From Thermoplasmatota archaeon (GTDB taxonomy: Archaea > Thermoplasmatota > Penumbrarchaeia > Penumbrarchaeales > Penumbrarchaeaceae): DNA of 19,027 nt. Where the stretch lies: contig CBDDUX010000019.1 of NCBI GenBank assembly GCA_965234725.1, forward strand, positions 1 to 19,027, in the 5' to 3' direction. Below the pieces are notes generated by a model that was not told the origin of the DNA, did not search any database, and saw only the letters and a list, made by a program, of their open reading frames with translations. Made by a program: the position numbers and the translations under genes. This document shows, in pieces, positions 1 through 7,881 of the stretch. Position 1 is the stretch's first letter, and the number at the start of each line of letters is the position of its first letter.

Positions 1-261
1 CGGATAATCTTCCGGTAGGGTGGGATAATGATTTTTATTTATAAAGATTAAACATAATCAGAATGGAATTTATGAAGTATAAATTATTTTTTAAAAATGT
101 AAATATTTTTAATAAATTACGTAACTTCATTTACAAAATGGAGATTTTGTCAAATAAACATATTTTTTAAATTTAAAATTTTTTTTGTTAAAAATACACA
201 AATACGATTAAAGTTATTATAGTTTGTAACCATTTTCATAACGAAAAGGTGGGTTAAACAA

Positions 262-558
262 ATGAATTATGGTCCTGATGATTGTATTAAAGTGGATGTT
301 GAAAACATTGCGTTAGGAATGTTTGAAATAATAATGAATTCAAAAAGTGAATCGGTCATTTCCTTTGGTATGGTTCCTGCTGAAATAATTAAATCACTGG
401 AAAAAAATATAGATGAAAAATATCCAACTTCTGATTTATTAATTGGTCAAAATTATATTAGCAAAGATGATATTGAAAAAGTGAAAAAGACCATCATTCA
501 GGACATCATTTCAAGTATATATTGCATCGCAAAAGCGAAAAAAGTATTAGTTTCATAG
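262..558 (+). CDS. Hypothetical protein, 98 aa
   Basis: ATG preceded by SD-like AAGGTGGG; open for 98 codons in very AT-rich DNA; 31 nt upstream of the ATPase on the same strand. No family recognised. Confidence 0.7.
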   Translation: MNYGPDDCIKVDVENIALGMFEIIMNSKSESVISFGMVPAEIIKSLEKNIDEKYPTSDLLIGQNYISKDDIEKVKKTIIQDIISSIYCIAKAKKVLVS

Positions 559-589
559 TATAATTCAAATTGTTTCATGGAGCCATTAA

Positions 590-1570
590 ATGAATAATGA
601 CATCAAAGAAAAAACCATAGAATATTTACAACATCACCCAGATGAATATGAAAATATTCAGATCGCCATTAATTACGTGAAGGAACAAATTGAAAAGGAT
701 CCAGAAAATTATTTTTGTCAAATGTTTGAATGGAATAATGTATTAACTCACCATCAAACAATAAAAAAGTGGATCCTTGGAGGATTTGTTAAATATGGAT
801 ATAGATCCAACAAATCAAAAATGTATGAGTTCATAAACCTTGATGCAACAGAAAAAGGACTTATTGATTATAAGAAGATCAACTTTGATCGGGAGATTCC
901 TAAATATGTGAAAGACGAACAGACTATTGAAAATCTTTTTGATAGTATATATGGTTTGGAAGATGTGAAACAAACCATCAGAATGGTCATGAAAGCAGAC
1001 AAACAGGTCCATGTTGCTCTTTGGGGTCCTCCAGCGACAGCTAAATCACTCTTTCTCCTTGAGTTGTCAAGATTGAAAGAATCATACTATGTTGTAGGAT
1101 CATCCACAACAAAAGTGGGATTATCGGAAATCCTTATAGAATATAAACCAAGAATTTTACTCATTGATGAAATCGATAAGCTTGCTAGAAATTCCGATGA
1201 TCTTTCAGTTTTATTATCCCTAATGGAAACAGGATTGGTAGTAAATACAAAACATGGGAACCATGATTTTGCTCAATTGAACACCAAAATATTTGCAGCC
1301 GGAAATATAAAAAACCTTCCATCTGAGTTAGAATCAAGATTTATTTCTCTGACCTTTAAAGAGTATGATGAGGAAGAATTCCGAAAGGTTTCCGTGTACT
1401 ATCTCGTAAATGGTGAGGGAGTTGACCCGGATCTGGCTGAATATATTTCAAGAAAGGTCTACAAGTATTCCAATGATGTTAGAATGGCAAGGCATATTGC
1501 TAGAATGTGTGAAAATAAAAATGAAGTTGACACAATTATTAAGGTTATGAGAAAATATAATAATAAATAG
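590..1570 (+). CDS. AAA+ ATPase with MCM-like core and putative N-terminal winged-helix domain, 326 aa
   Basis: Walker A GPPATAKS, Walker B ILLIDEIDKL, sensor-1 FAAGN, Arg finger SRF, sensor-2-like DVR; MCM-like flanks SIYGLEDVK, GSSTTKVGL, LMETGLVVNTKHG; SD GGAG upstream. Confidence 0.88.
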   Translation: MNNDIKEKTIEYLQHHPDEYENIQIAINYVKEQIEKDPENYFCQMFEWNNVLTHHQTIKKWILGGFVKYGYRSNKSKMYEFINLDATEKGLIDYKKINFDREIPKYVKDEQTIENLFDSIYGLEDVKQTIRMVMKADKQVHVALWGPPATAKSLFLLELSRLKESYYVVGSSTTKVGLSEILIEYKPRILLIDEIDKLARNSDDLSVLLSLMETGLVVNTKHGNHDFAQLNTKIFAAGNIKNLPSELESRFISLTFKEYDEEEFRKVSVYYLVNGEGVDPDLAEYISRKVYKYSNDVRMARHIARMCENKNEVDTIIKVMRKYNNK

Positions 1571-1584
1571 AAATTATAATTACA

Positions 1585-1592
1585 TTTTTTTT
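1585..1592 (+). terminator. Oligo-T archaeal-type terminator after the ATPase gene
   Basis: T8 run starting 15 nt after the TAG stop. Confidence 0.5.
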
Positions 1593-1615
1593 ACTTTAGT
1601 TGCTTAATCTGTCAT

Positions 1616-1662
1616 GTAACAGCCAAAACTCCCTAGTTTTGTAACTCTAAAACTCCATAGTT
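1616..1662. repeat. Imperfect tandem direct repeat (GTAAC-N3/4-AAAACTCC[C/A]TAGTT x2)
   Basis: AAAACTCCCTAGTT (1625-1638) and AAAACTCCATAGTT (1649-1662), 13/14 identical, each preceded by GTAAC and each internally palindromic (AACT-N4-AGTT). Confidence 0.6.
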
Positions 1663-2023
1663 AGAGCGTTGCTTACCTGTCTGATCAACAGAAGGTCCCC
1701 AGCTCTCGGATTTTTCAACGATATCGTTGGGGGAACTGACAACATGGAAGTCCTTACGACAATAGGCTCTGAATGGTCTTGTCCAGATAATGAAATTAGA
1801 TAGAACTTTCTCAGGATCTATGGGTTTCAACTTGGTTACTTGGATGTCTTCCTTGTTTCTCAAATAATGATAAAGAGCTCAAGATGATCATGTTGAGGGA
1901 AAAAGAGAAAATCAACATAGGTAGATTTCAAATCAACAAAATCCAAGGGAAATTACACCATGGATATGGTTGGATGAGGATCCGGATAAGGCCATTATCA
2001 GTCTGATATTCCTCTGATAATGA

Positions 2024-3160
2024 TTATCTGGTCTTTTTATCAATGATAATAGGATTATCTGGAATGTTATGAAATTGTTTGAATTCAAGAAATAATTTCA
2101 TTAATTCATTGTTCTGGCCTTTTAAGTCATTGACAATATTTTCCAGACCATCATTTCTCTCCTTCATGATATCCAATCTATTCTCTAGTTCTTTGACCCT
2201 AGAAGCAGTTTTCTCAATTGATTTGGTTTCCAATCTATTCTCTACCTTCAGATATTTTTCTGCCATTTCATTCTCTGGTACTCTATAATATGAACCATTC
2301 AGATATCCTTCATGTCCTAATAGTCTCTCAACTATCTCTGATTCCAAATGGCCAGTCAATTGAGATTTGAAAAACCTTCTCAGACCATGATATGTATAGA
2401 GATATCTTCCAGTTTCAGGATCTTTCTCTGTATATCCAGATCTTTTGAGGGCAACATTCCAGAGGGCATAAGCAGTTCTCTCATTGTAGGGAAAAATTCT
2501 GTCATCATTAGGATTTAAGTTCAAATGCTTGTAGTTCTTTACTTTCTTCTCTATGTTGGATTCTCTTTGATCTAACCATTTTTCAAGGGCTTCCTTAGCC
2601 TCAGAACTAATGAATGTTGTTCTGTTGCCTTGATTCTTTGTGATTGATCCACGTAGATAGATAATAGGTGGTTTCTGAGAGAGATCTATGTCTTTCAGGG
2701 TAATAGACAGAGCTTCATTAATCCTACAGCCAGACGAGGCCAGAAACAATGTAAGGGCCTTTCCTTGAATAGTAACGAAATGATCAATTATCTTGTGTAA
2801 GATCTCAGGTGTTATCTGGAGGTCTCTAGTGACTACAGTAGGTCTAGGTTTTCTTCTTTTAATGGTCCTTAGATCAGATTGTTTGATCTCCAAATCATGA
2901 TAGAGAAGGAATTCTTTTACTCCGGTGAGGTATGCATTTACTGTCTTTGGAGAATATTTCTTTTCCTCTCCATGATTAATAAATGAAATCAAATCATTTC
3001 TGTAATTTCTTTTATCTTCCAGATACCTTTTAGCAAGATCTTCCATGTCATTTTTAGGATCATGATCATTGTAGACATGAGAGAGAAACACCTTTATTGA
3101 CCTTTCATACAAATTTCGGGTAGATTTTGTCCGGCATGTAGATATGAAATCTTTGATCAT
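2024..3160 (-). CDS. Tyrosine recombinase / site-specific integrase, 378 aa, with C-terminal coiled-coil tail
   Basis: Catalytic set intact: R (SSGCRINE), K (TKNQ), HxxR (HGLR), H (LLGH), Y (GSYY); N-terminal core-binding-like helices (STRNLYERSI, YSPKTVNAYL). Start moved from TTG 3211 to ATG 3160 because a TATA box sits 24-31 nt upstream of that ATG. Confidence 0.93.
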   Translation of the reverse strand: MIKDFISTCRTKSTRNLYERSIKVFLSHVYNDHDPKNDMEDLAKRYLEDKRNYRNDLISFINHGEEKKYSPKTVNAYLTGVKEFLLYHDLEIKQSDLRTIKRRKPRPTVVTRDLQITPEILHKIIDHFVTIQGKALTLFLASSGCRINEALSITLKDIDLSQKPPIIYLRGSITKNQGNRTTFISSEAKEALEKWLDQRESNIEKKVKNYKHLNLNPNDDRIFPYNERTAYALWNVALKRSGYTEKDPETGRYLYTYHGLRRFFKSQLTGHLESEIVERLLGHEGYLNGSYYRVPENEMAEKYLKVENRLETKSIEKTASRVKELENRLDIMKERNDGLENIVNDLKGQNNELMKLFLEFKQFHNIPDNPIIIDKKTR

Positions 3161-3183
3161 ATAGCTGGTAATGGCCTTCAACC

Positions 3184-3191
3184 TATATAAA
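3184..3191 (-). promoter_or_regulatory. TATA box of the integrase gene (probably leaderless transcript)
   Basis: Minus strand TTTATATA, 24-31 nt upstream of ATG 3160; no SD in between. Confidence 0.6.
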
Positions 3192-3213
3192 GTGTCATTA
3201 TTTGCAATCAACT

Positions 3214-3241
3214 ATATTTGATAACACTTATTATATCCCAA
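3214..3241. other. Xer/dif-like recombination site, candidate att site
   Basis: ATATTTGATAA-CACTTA-TTATATCCCAA: 11-6-11 layout with the ATAA-N6-TTAT core of dif sites; located just upstream of the integrase promoter at the composition boundary. Confidence 0.5.
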
Positions 3242-3390
3242 TTACATGGGTTGAGGACAACTCGTCCAACCAATACCCCTTCATCCATAATTATTAAAAC
3301 TTTTTCATTCATTATTCTTAAAAAACCGAACCAGGGATGGAACATTTTTAAAAGGGGATTGTTGATTTGGTAGAAGGGGGTATCCTACAA

Positions 3391-5994
3391 TTGGCCGGTT
3401 CCGCAACGGATGATCCAAGATTATTGAAGCTCGATATGGTCATTAAGAAAGGTGATATGATCATCGGAATGCTCGATAAAAAGGGGATCCAGACCGATCT
3501 CTACAAGGATAAATTCTCCAAAGCAAGGAAGGACCTGGAGAACGGGAATATCGAAGAAGCGTTCATTCTTGCAACCGAGTGCATCAGGGAGATCAAGGAC
3601 CTCCGGGAGATCCCTACCGATAAAGAGGTAAGCGGCCGTGTCAGGAAAGGGAAAGGTGTCTTTGCACTTATCAGGGATAACACAGCTGAGATGGAAAAGA
3701 AGATCGATGAATGGAAGATGATTATCAATGGATGGAGAAAGAAGGGATATATGTTCGAAAATGACGACAGCCTCTTTTCCAGATCATTCGATCAGATCGA
3801 GAAACGTTTCATTTCAATAGGTGAGCAGATCGAGAAAGCGGAGAGTATCCGGGGGCGGATCTCTAGGCAAAGAGAGGAATTCTCACATGTTGGGAAGAGC
3901 TACTTAAAAAAACTGGACGACATCGAAAGGGCGGTATTCAGACTTGATAGGCTTGATGATATCGACAGGAGGCTCAAATCCGTAATATCCTCCCTCAGAT
4001 TGGTGGATGAGGATTTCAACACACTAAGGACCCGGATCAACAGGTTCAAGAGGAAGGGATTGACCACATCCTCATTGGAAGAGATGATCGATAATGATGA
4101 GGATCTGGAGTACCTTAACAGACAGTTCAATATCTACGAATCCAACATCGATTTCCAAGTAAAGGAAAAGAACAAGCTAAGGACCATTAAGGAAAGCGAG
4201 ATGATCGACAGGGTCCAGGGCCAGATCGATGATCTTGAGAAGATCATTGACGATCCGTGGTTGCTTGATCAGGTAGTAGAGAGGATGCAGGAGATCGAAA
4301 AGGCCATCGAAAAAGCCAAGGAGAATAACAAGCGCCAGGAAGAGGAAGCAAAGAGAAGGAGCGAGATACGAAAGAGCCTTGATAAATACAGGTCCGAGGG
4401 ATTCAAGGTGGAAATGGTCGAGCAGCTGCTTGATGATGACATGAACTTACTAGAAGAGGAATATGACATATTCATCAGACAGACTGCAAGATTGAAGAAC
4501 CTTAAAGAGAAACTCTTCAAACTTGATGCAACAGGATTCGAAGAGGATGTATCTACCATTTCAGATAGGTTGTTCGATCCCACTCACATAGATGAGATCG
4601 AGGGAGAACTTGAGGAGCTGAAGGAAAGGATATTGAACCAGAGGATCAGGTCCCAAAAGATAGAGAATGCGATCAAGGAATGGACAGGAATGGGTTTCAA
4701 GATATCAAAACTGGAAAATGCTTTAAGGAATGATATCGAAGAAGCAGAGAAGGTATTTGAAGATTATTCGAACAGGATCAAGGAATTAATGGAGTACGAG
4801 GCAAGGCTCAAGGAAATGAATCCCAGGGATATTCAGGATCAGGTTCACAGGATCAATCTGAAGATCAAGAATCCAGAACTTATCGAATCTATAAGGAAGG
4901 AGATGTCACAGATACAGATGGATGTGTCCACACAGGAAAGGATCCGACAGAAGAGAACGGAACTGAACACACTTCTAAAGACATGGAAATCCCAGGGTTA
5001 CAAAATAGACACGATCTTGACAAGCACAGGTAAAGAGAATACGATTGAGGGACTCGAAAAAGTGATCTTGCAGTACACAAGGGCAATTGCATCACTTGAA
5101 TCCTTCAAGAATGAATTCCCTATGTATGAGAGAGGATGGTTCTCTGCGCTTGAAGAGGATATCAAAGGCAATATGGACGATCCGGAGAGTTCCCATGAAA
5201 CCCTCAAGAACTTCACTGAACTGAAATCCCTTGTAAAAAAGGAAGAGAAGAAGAGGGGAGAGATCTCAAGAAAACTGACAGAGCTTTCCAACAGAGGAAT
5301 CGATGTATCCAGGATCAGCCCACATTTAACGGGAGAGTCTGAGGGTTTGAATGTTGAATACGAATCTTTCAAGGACAAGGTGAAAAGGCTTCTGAAACTC
5401 AAGGCGACCCTTCTCAAGGAAGCTCATAAGAATGGAGATCAGGAGCTGGAGATGTTCGCGAAGGGAATGAACGATCCCTACCAGATAGAGGAATATGAGA
5501 AACAGACTTCCAATATAGGCCCTGATGGAAGAATAGTCATGGTCGATGAGAACAAAGAGAATATTCAAGACATTCTGATCAAAGCGAAGGAATTATACCG
5601 AGATGATGATCTGAATGGGGCCCTTGGATTATTCGAGAAGGTCATCTCCCTGGACCCGGACAATAAAGAGAGCAATTTCTTTAAAAAGAAGGTCATGCTC
5701 AAATTAAAGACGAAACCTCAAGATAGAACGAATGAACCGATAAAGGATCCAAAGGAAGATAGAAAGGAAATAAAAGATAAAGGGTCAGAAGTGAAAAGTG
5801 GAAAACAGGGAGACCCGAAATGTTTATCATGTAAGGGGACAGGTAAATGTGTCTGGTGCGATGGTAAAGGCAACTGTTCCACCTGCAATGGGTCCGGAAA
5901 GACATTCGGTGAGGACTGCCAGACATGCAAAGGAACAGGCAAATGTTCTGTCTGCAAAGGTTCAGGCAATTGCAGTTGGTGCAACGTTTCATAA
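3391..5994 (+). CDS. Large helical repeat protein (six ~100-aa repeats) with a TPR motif and a C-terminal DnaJ-type CxxCxGxG zinc finger; no J domain
   Basis: Recurrent [WFYL]xxxG[YFLI] and DP/NP motifs at ~100-aa spacing; TPR-like AKELYRDDDLNGALGLFEKVISLDPDN; five CxxCxGxG plus a terminal CxxC. TTG 3391 preferred over 3367 because GAAGGGGGT (3373-3381) is positioned as its SD. Confidence 0.88.
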   Translation: MAGSATDDPRLLKLDMVIKKGDMIIGMLDKKGIQTDLYKDKFSKARKDLENGNIEEAFILATECIREIKDLREIPTDKEVSGRVRKGKGVFALIRDNTAEMEKKIDEWKMIINGWRKKGYMFENDDSLFSRSFDQIEKRFISIGEQIEKAESIRGRISRQREEFSHVGKSYLKKLDDIERAVFRLDRLDDIDRRLKSVISSLRLVDEDFNTLRTRINRFKRKGLTTSSLEEMIDNDEDLEYLNRQFNIYESNIDFQVKEKNKLRTIKESEMIDRVQGQIDDLEKIIDDPWLLDQVVERMQEIEKAIEKAKENNKRQEEEAKRRSEIRKSLDKYRSEGFKVEMVEQLLDDDMNLLEEEYDIFIRQTARLKNLKEKLFKLDATGFEEDVSTISDRLFDPTHIDEIEGELEELKERILNQRIRSQKIENAIKEWTGMGFKISKLENALRNDIEEAEKVFEDYSNRIKELMEYEARLKEMNPRDIQDQVHRINLKIKNPELIESIRKEMSQIQMDVSTQERIRQKRTELNTLLKTWKSQGYKIDTILTSTGKENTIEGLEKVILQYTRAIASLESFKNEFPMYERGWFSALEEDIKGNMDDPESSHETLKNFTELKSLVKKEEKKRGEISRKLTELSNRGIDVSRISPHLTGESEGLNVEYESFKDKVKRLLKLKATLLKEAHKNGDQELEMFAKGMNDPYQIEEYEKQTSNIGPDGRIVMVDENKENIQDILIKAKELYRDDDLNGALGLFEKVISLDPDNKESNFFKKKVMLKLKTKPQDRTNEPIKDPKEDRKEIKDKGSEVKSGKQGDPKCLSCKGTGKCVWCDGKGNCSTCNGSGKTFGEDCQTCKGTGKCSVCKGSGNCSWCNVS

Positions 5995-6006
5995 GGAGTC
6001 GTTCGC

Positions 6007-7848
6007 TTGAGAAATACAACAACCGCTATCCTTCTCCTATTTGTGATAGTGCTTATGGGTCCGGTATCGGCCCAATGCTGTTCTGATGATCCGACAGATT
6101 TGACTCCATATTCAGAGGAGATCATAACGATCGATACTCATACTATCTGGAATGGAGAAAGATTTGTCAATGGTAGCATAATGGTGGATGGGAACCTGGA
6201 GTTGATAGATTCCGATCTTATCCTTTCCGGGGAGGGTATCATCATCCTGGAAGGAGGATCGATCCTGATCAAGAATTCCTCCATCGGACCTTACATAGAG
6301 GAAGCCGGTTTCTACATTGAATCATATGGTGATATGACCGTTGAGGACTCTTTCCTTACCGGTTGCCTTGACCTCTCTAACGGATATTTTGGAATATATG
6401 CAAAAATGGGGGATCTTTCCCTCAAAGGGGTGAGAATGACAAGGTCCGGTTTGATCCAAAGCACAGTGGATGATGTGAGGATCAGAGATTCCACGATCCC
6501 CGGGATTATCGCGTCATCGGGGAATGTAACAATATATAATTCCACAATCGATGGACTAGGAACATCTATAGCGGGAAATGGAAAGCTCGAAATAGGAAAG
6601 ACAAAAATGACCTCCAACCTGACCTTCTCGAATTCCATTGCAGCTATCTCATGCGAAAGTGGAACACTCTCCATAGAAGATGTGGAGATCAATGGGACAT
6701 ATGGTGGAGGTTTATACGCCCTGGGAGCCACTGTTCACATTGAATCTATCTTGGTAGACCTCCCCAATTCCCAATACGGTCTAAAATACATCGAAAGTTA
6801 CGGAGATGTTCTCGATGGCGCAAGTATAATAGGCTCTGATACTGGGATCGAGACATATCAATGTCCAGGAAATTTGAGAGTGGAGAACACATTGATCAGA
6901 GATTCCATCCAGGGTTTTGTTTCCTCGGGTCCTGGAATGGTGATACTCTCCAATGTCACTATAGAAGAGGCAAGATACGGCGTGGTATCTTCCAGTCAGA
7001 TCTCGATCCTGGATTCCGATCTAACTAATGTTCAAATTGGGATCATTTTGGAAGATGGAGGAAGATTGCTTGATATGGACTTCGCCATATCCAATTTCTC
7101 CCAGTGGGGAATACAAGTGGAGACCTGGAACCAAGTGGAATTCCCAGGTATTGAGTTCTCCCCGGGAGCTACTGCCATCTCATCGATCTGCATGGTAGGC
7201 CGTATCCAGATCACAGCGAAGGGACCTTCGGGAGAGATCATCGAAGGTGCGGAGATCGAGATCAATTCCACTTTGGGAAGGTTCACCGGATTGACCACAG
7301 GGACACTTAGTCTGATCTGGGGTTTTCTTGAACCGTCTGGTACGGTAAGGATCATTGAATATGAAGTAACCGGAAGCTGGGGGAATGCTTTTGAGAACAT
7401 CTCCATAATACCCGCTGACGGAACCATTTTCGAACTGATCCTACCTATGACCGACATATACATACTTGAACTTAAGAGAGATGGTGAAACAGCTATCGTA
7501 TCCATCACAACCAATGGTTCGATGGCAAAGGATGTGGTGATCACACTTTACCTGGATGGGACCTACAGGTACACCCAGAGCATCTCCTTGGAAGCAGAAG
7601 AGGTGATCCAAGTGGAGATGCCCATCGGAAGCATAAAAGAAGGAAAACACGAATTGAAGGCCACAGCCAGGTCCAATGAGGAGTATTCTGGTCAAAATGG
7701 AATTCTTCTTGAGAACAATGAAAAGGTCATTACCGTAACCGAGAATGATGGGGGAGGAGACAATTGGTTACGTATGATAGGTATTATCCTGGTCATCGTT
7801 GCTGTTGTATTCCTTTTCGCAACCTTGATGTTAAGGCGAAGAGACTAA
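6007..7848 (+). CDS. Secreted, membrane-anchored right-handed beta-helix repeat protein with CARDB/Ig-like domain
   Basis: N-terminal signal peptide; I/V-x-D/N-S-x-I and G-I beta-helix-type repeats; CARDB-like segment (ITLYLDG...GKHELKATA...ENNEK); C-terminal TM helix followed by RRRD; SD AAGGAG before TTG. Confidence 0.82.
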   Translation: MRNTTTAILLLFVIVLMGPVSAQCCSDDPTDLTPYSEEIITIDTHTIWNGERFVNGSIMVDGNLELIDSDLILSGEGIIILEGGSILIKNSSIGPYIEEAGFYIESYGDMTVEDSFLTGCLDLSNGYFGIYAKMGDLSLKGVRMTRSGLIQSTVDDVRIRDSTIPGIIASSGNVTIYNSTIDGLGTSIAGNGKLEIGKTKMTSNLTFSNSIAAISCESGTLSIEDVEINGTYGGGLYALGATVHIESILVDLPNSQYGLKYIESYGDVLDGASIIGSDTGIETYQCPGNLRVENTLIRDSIQGFVSSGPGMVILSNVTIEEARYGVVSSSQISILDSDLTNVQIGIILEDGGRLLDMDFAISNFSQWGIQVETWNQVEFPGIEFSPGATAISSICMVGRIQITAKGPSGEIIEGAEIEINSTLGRFTGLTTGTLSLIWGFLEPSGTVRIIEYEVTGSWGNAFENISIIPADGTIFELILPMTDIYILELKRDGETAIVSITTNGSMAKDVVITLYLDGTYRYTQSISLEAEEVIQVEMPIGSIKEGKHELKATARSNEEYSGQNGILLENNEKVITVTENDGGGDNWLRMIGIILVIVAVVFLFATLMLRRRD

Positions 7849-7850
7849 AC

Positions 7851-7858
7851 TTTAATAA
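7851..7858 (+). promoter_or_regulatory. Putative TATA box for atpB (leaderless)
   Basis: TTTAATAA 24-31 nt upstream of ATG 7882; no SD visible. Confidence 0.5.
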
Positions 7859-7881
7859 CGGACCTATACATGCTCCCACCC

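Larger units (their letters stand above)
1..3241. mobile_element. Right-hand part of an integrated mobile element (integrase + MCM-like ATPase + hypothetical ORF); left boundary not established
   Basis: Markedly lower GC than the rest of the window (hand counts: 61-240 = 28/180 G+C; 601-660 = 16/60; versus 30/60 at 8701-8760 in atpB); intact tyrosine recombinase next to the composition shift; dif-like site at 3214-3241. Confidence 0.7.

Noticed and set aside
1616-1662. Possible mini-CRISPR array
   Set aside because: Only two short units with no spacer-length gap and no cas genes in the window.
1633-1863. 76-aa minus-strand ORF
   Set aside because: TTG start without SD or TATA, no recognisable motif, overlaps the repeat/palindrome region; may be a gene remnant but is unsupported.
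1884-2006. 40-aa plus-strand ORF (MIMLREKEK...RPLSV)
   Set aside because: Short, no clear SD, no recognisable homology.
2024-3160. Integrase as host XerA or as a split SSV-type integrase
   Set aside because: Longer than XerA and lacks the HxLRH..AT / TTxxY motifs; the reading frame is intact with its own promoter, so it is not split by an att site.
3249-3271. Hairpin GGTTG-AG-GAC-AACTC-GTC-CAACC as a tRNA 3' half (att site)
   Set aside because: No TTCRA T-loop or acceptor-stem pattern on either strand.
3391-5994. SMC/Rad50 or DnaJ annotation
   Set aside because: No Walker A/B or ABC signature; no HPD-containing J domain.
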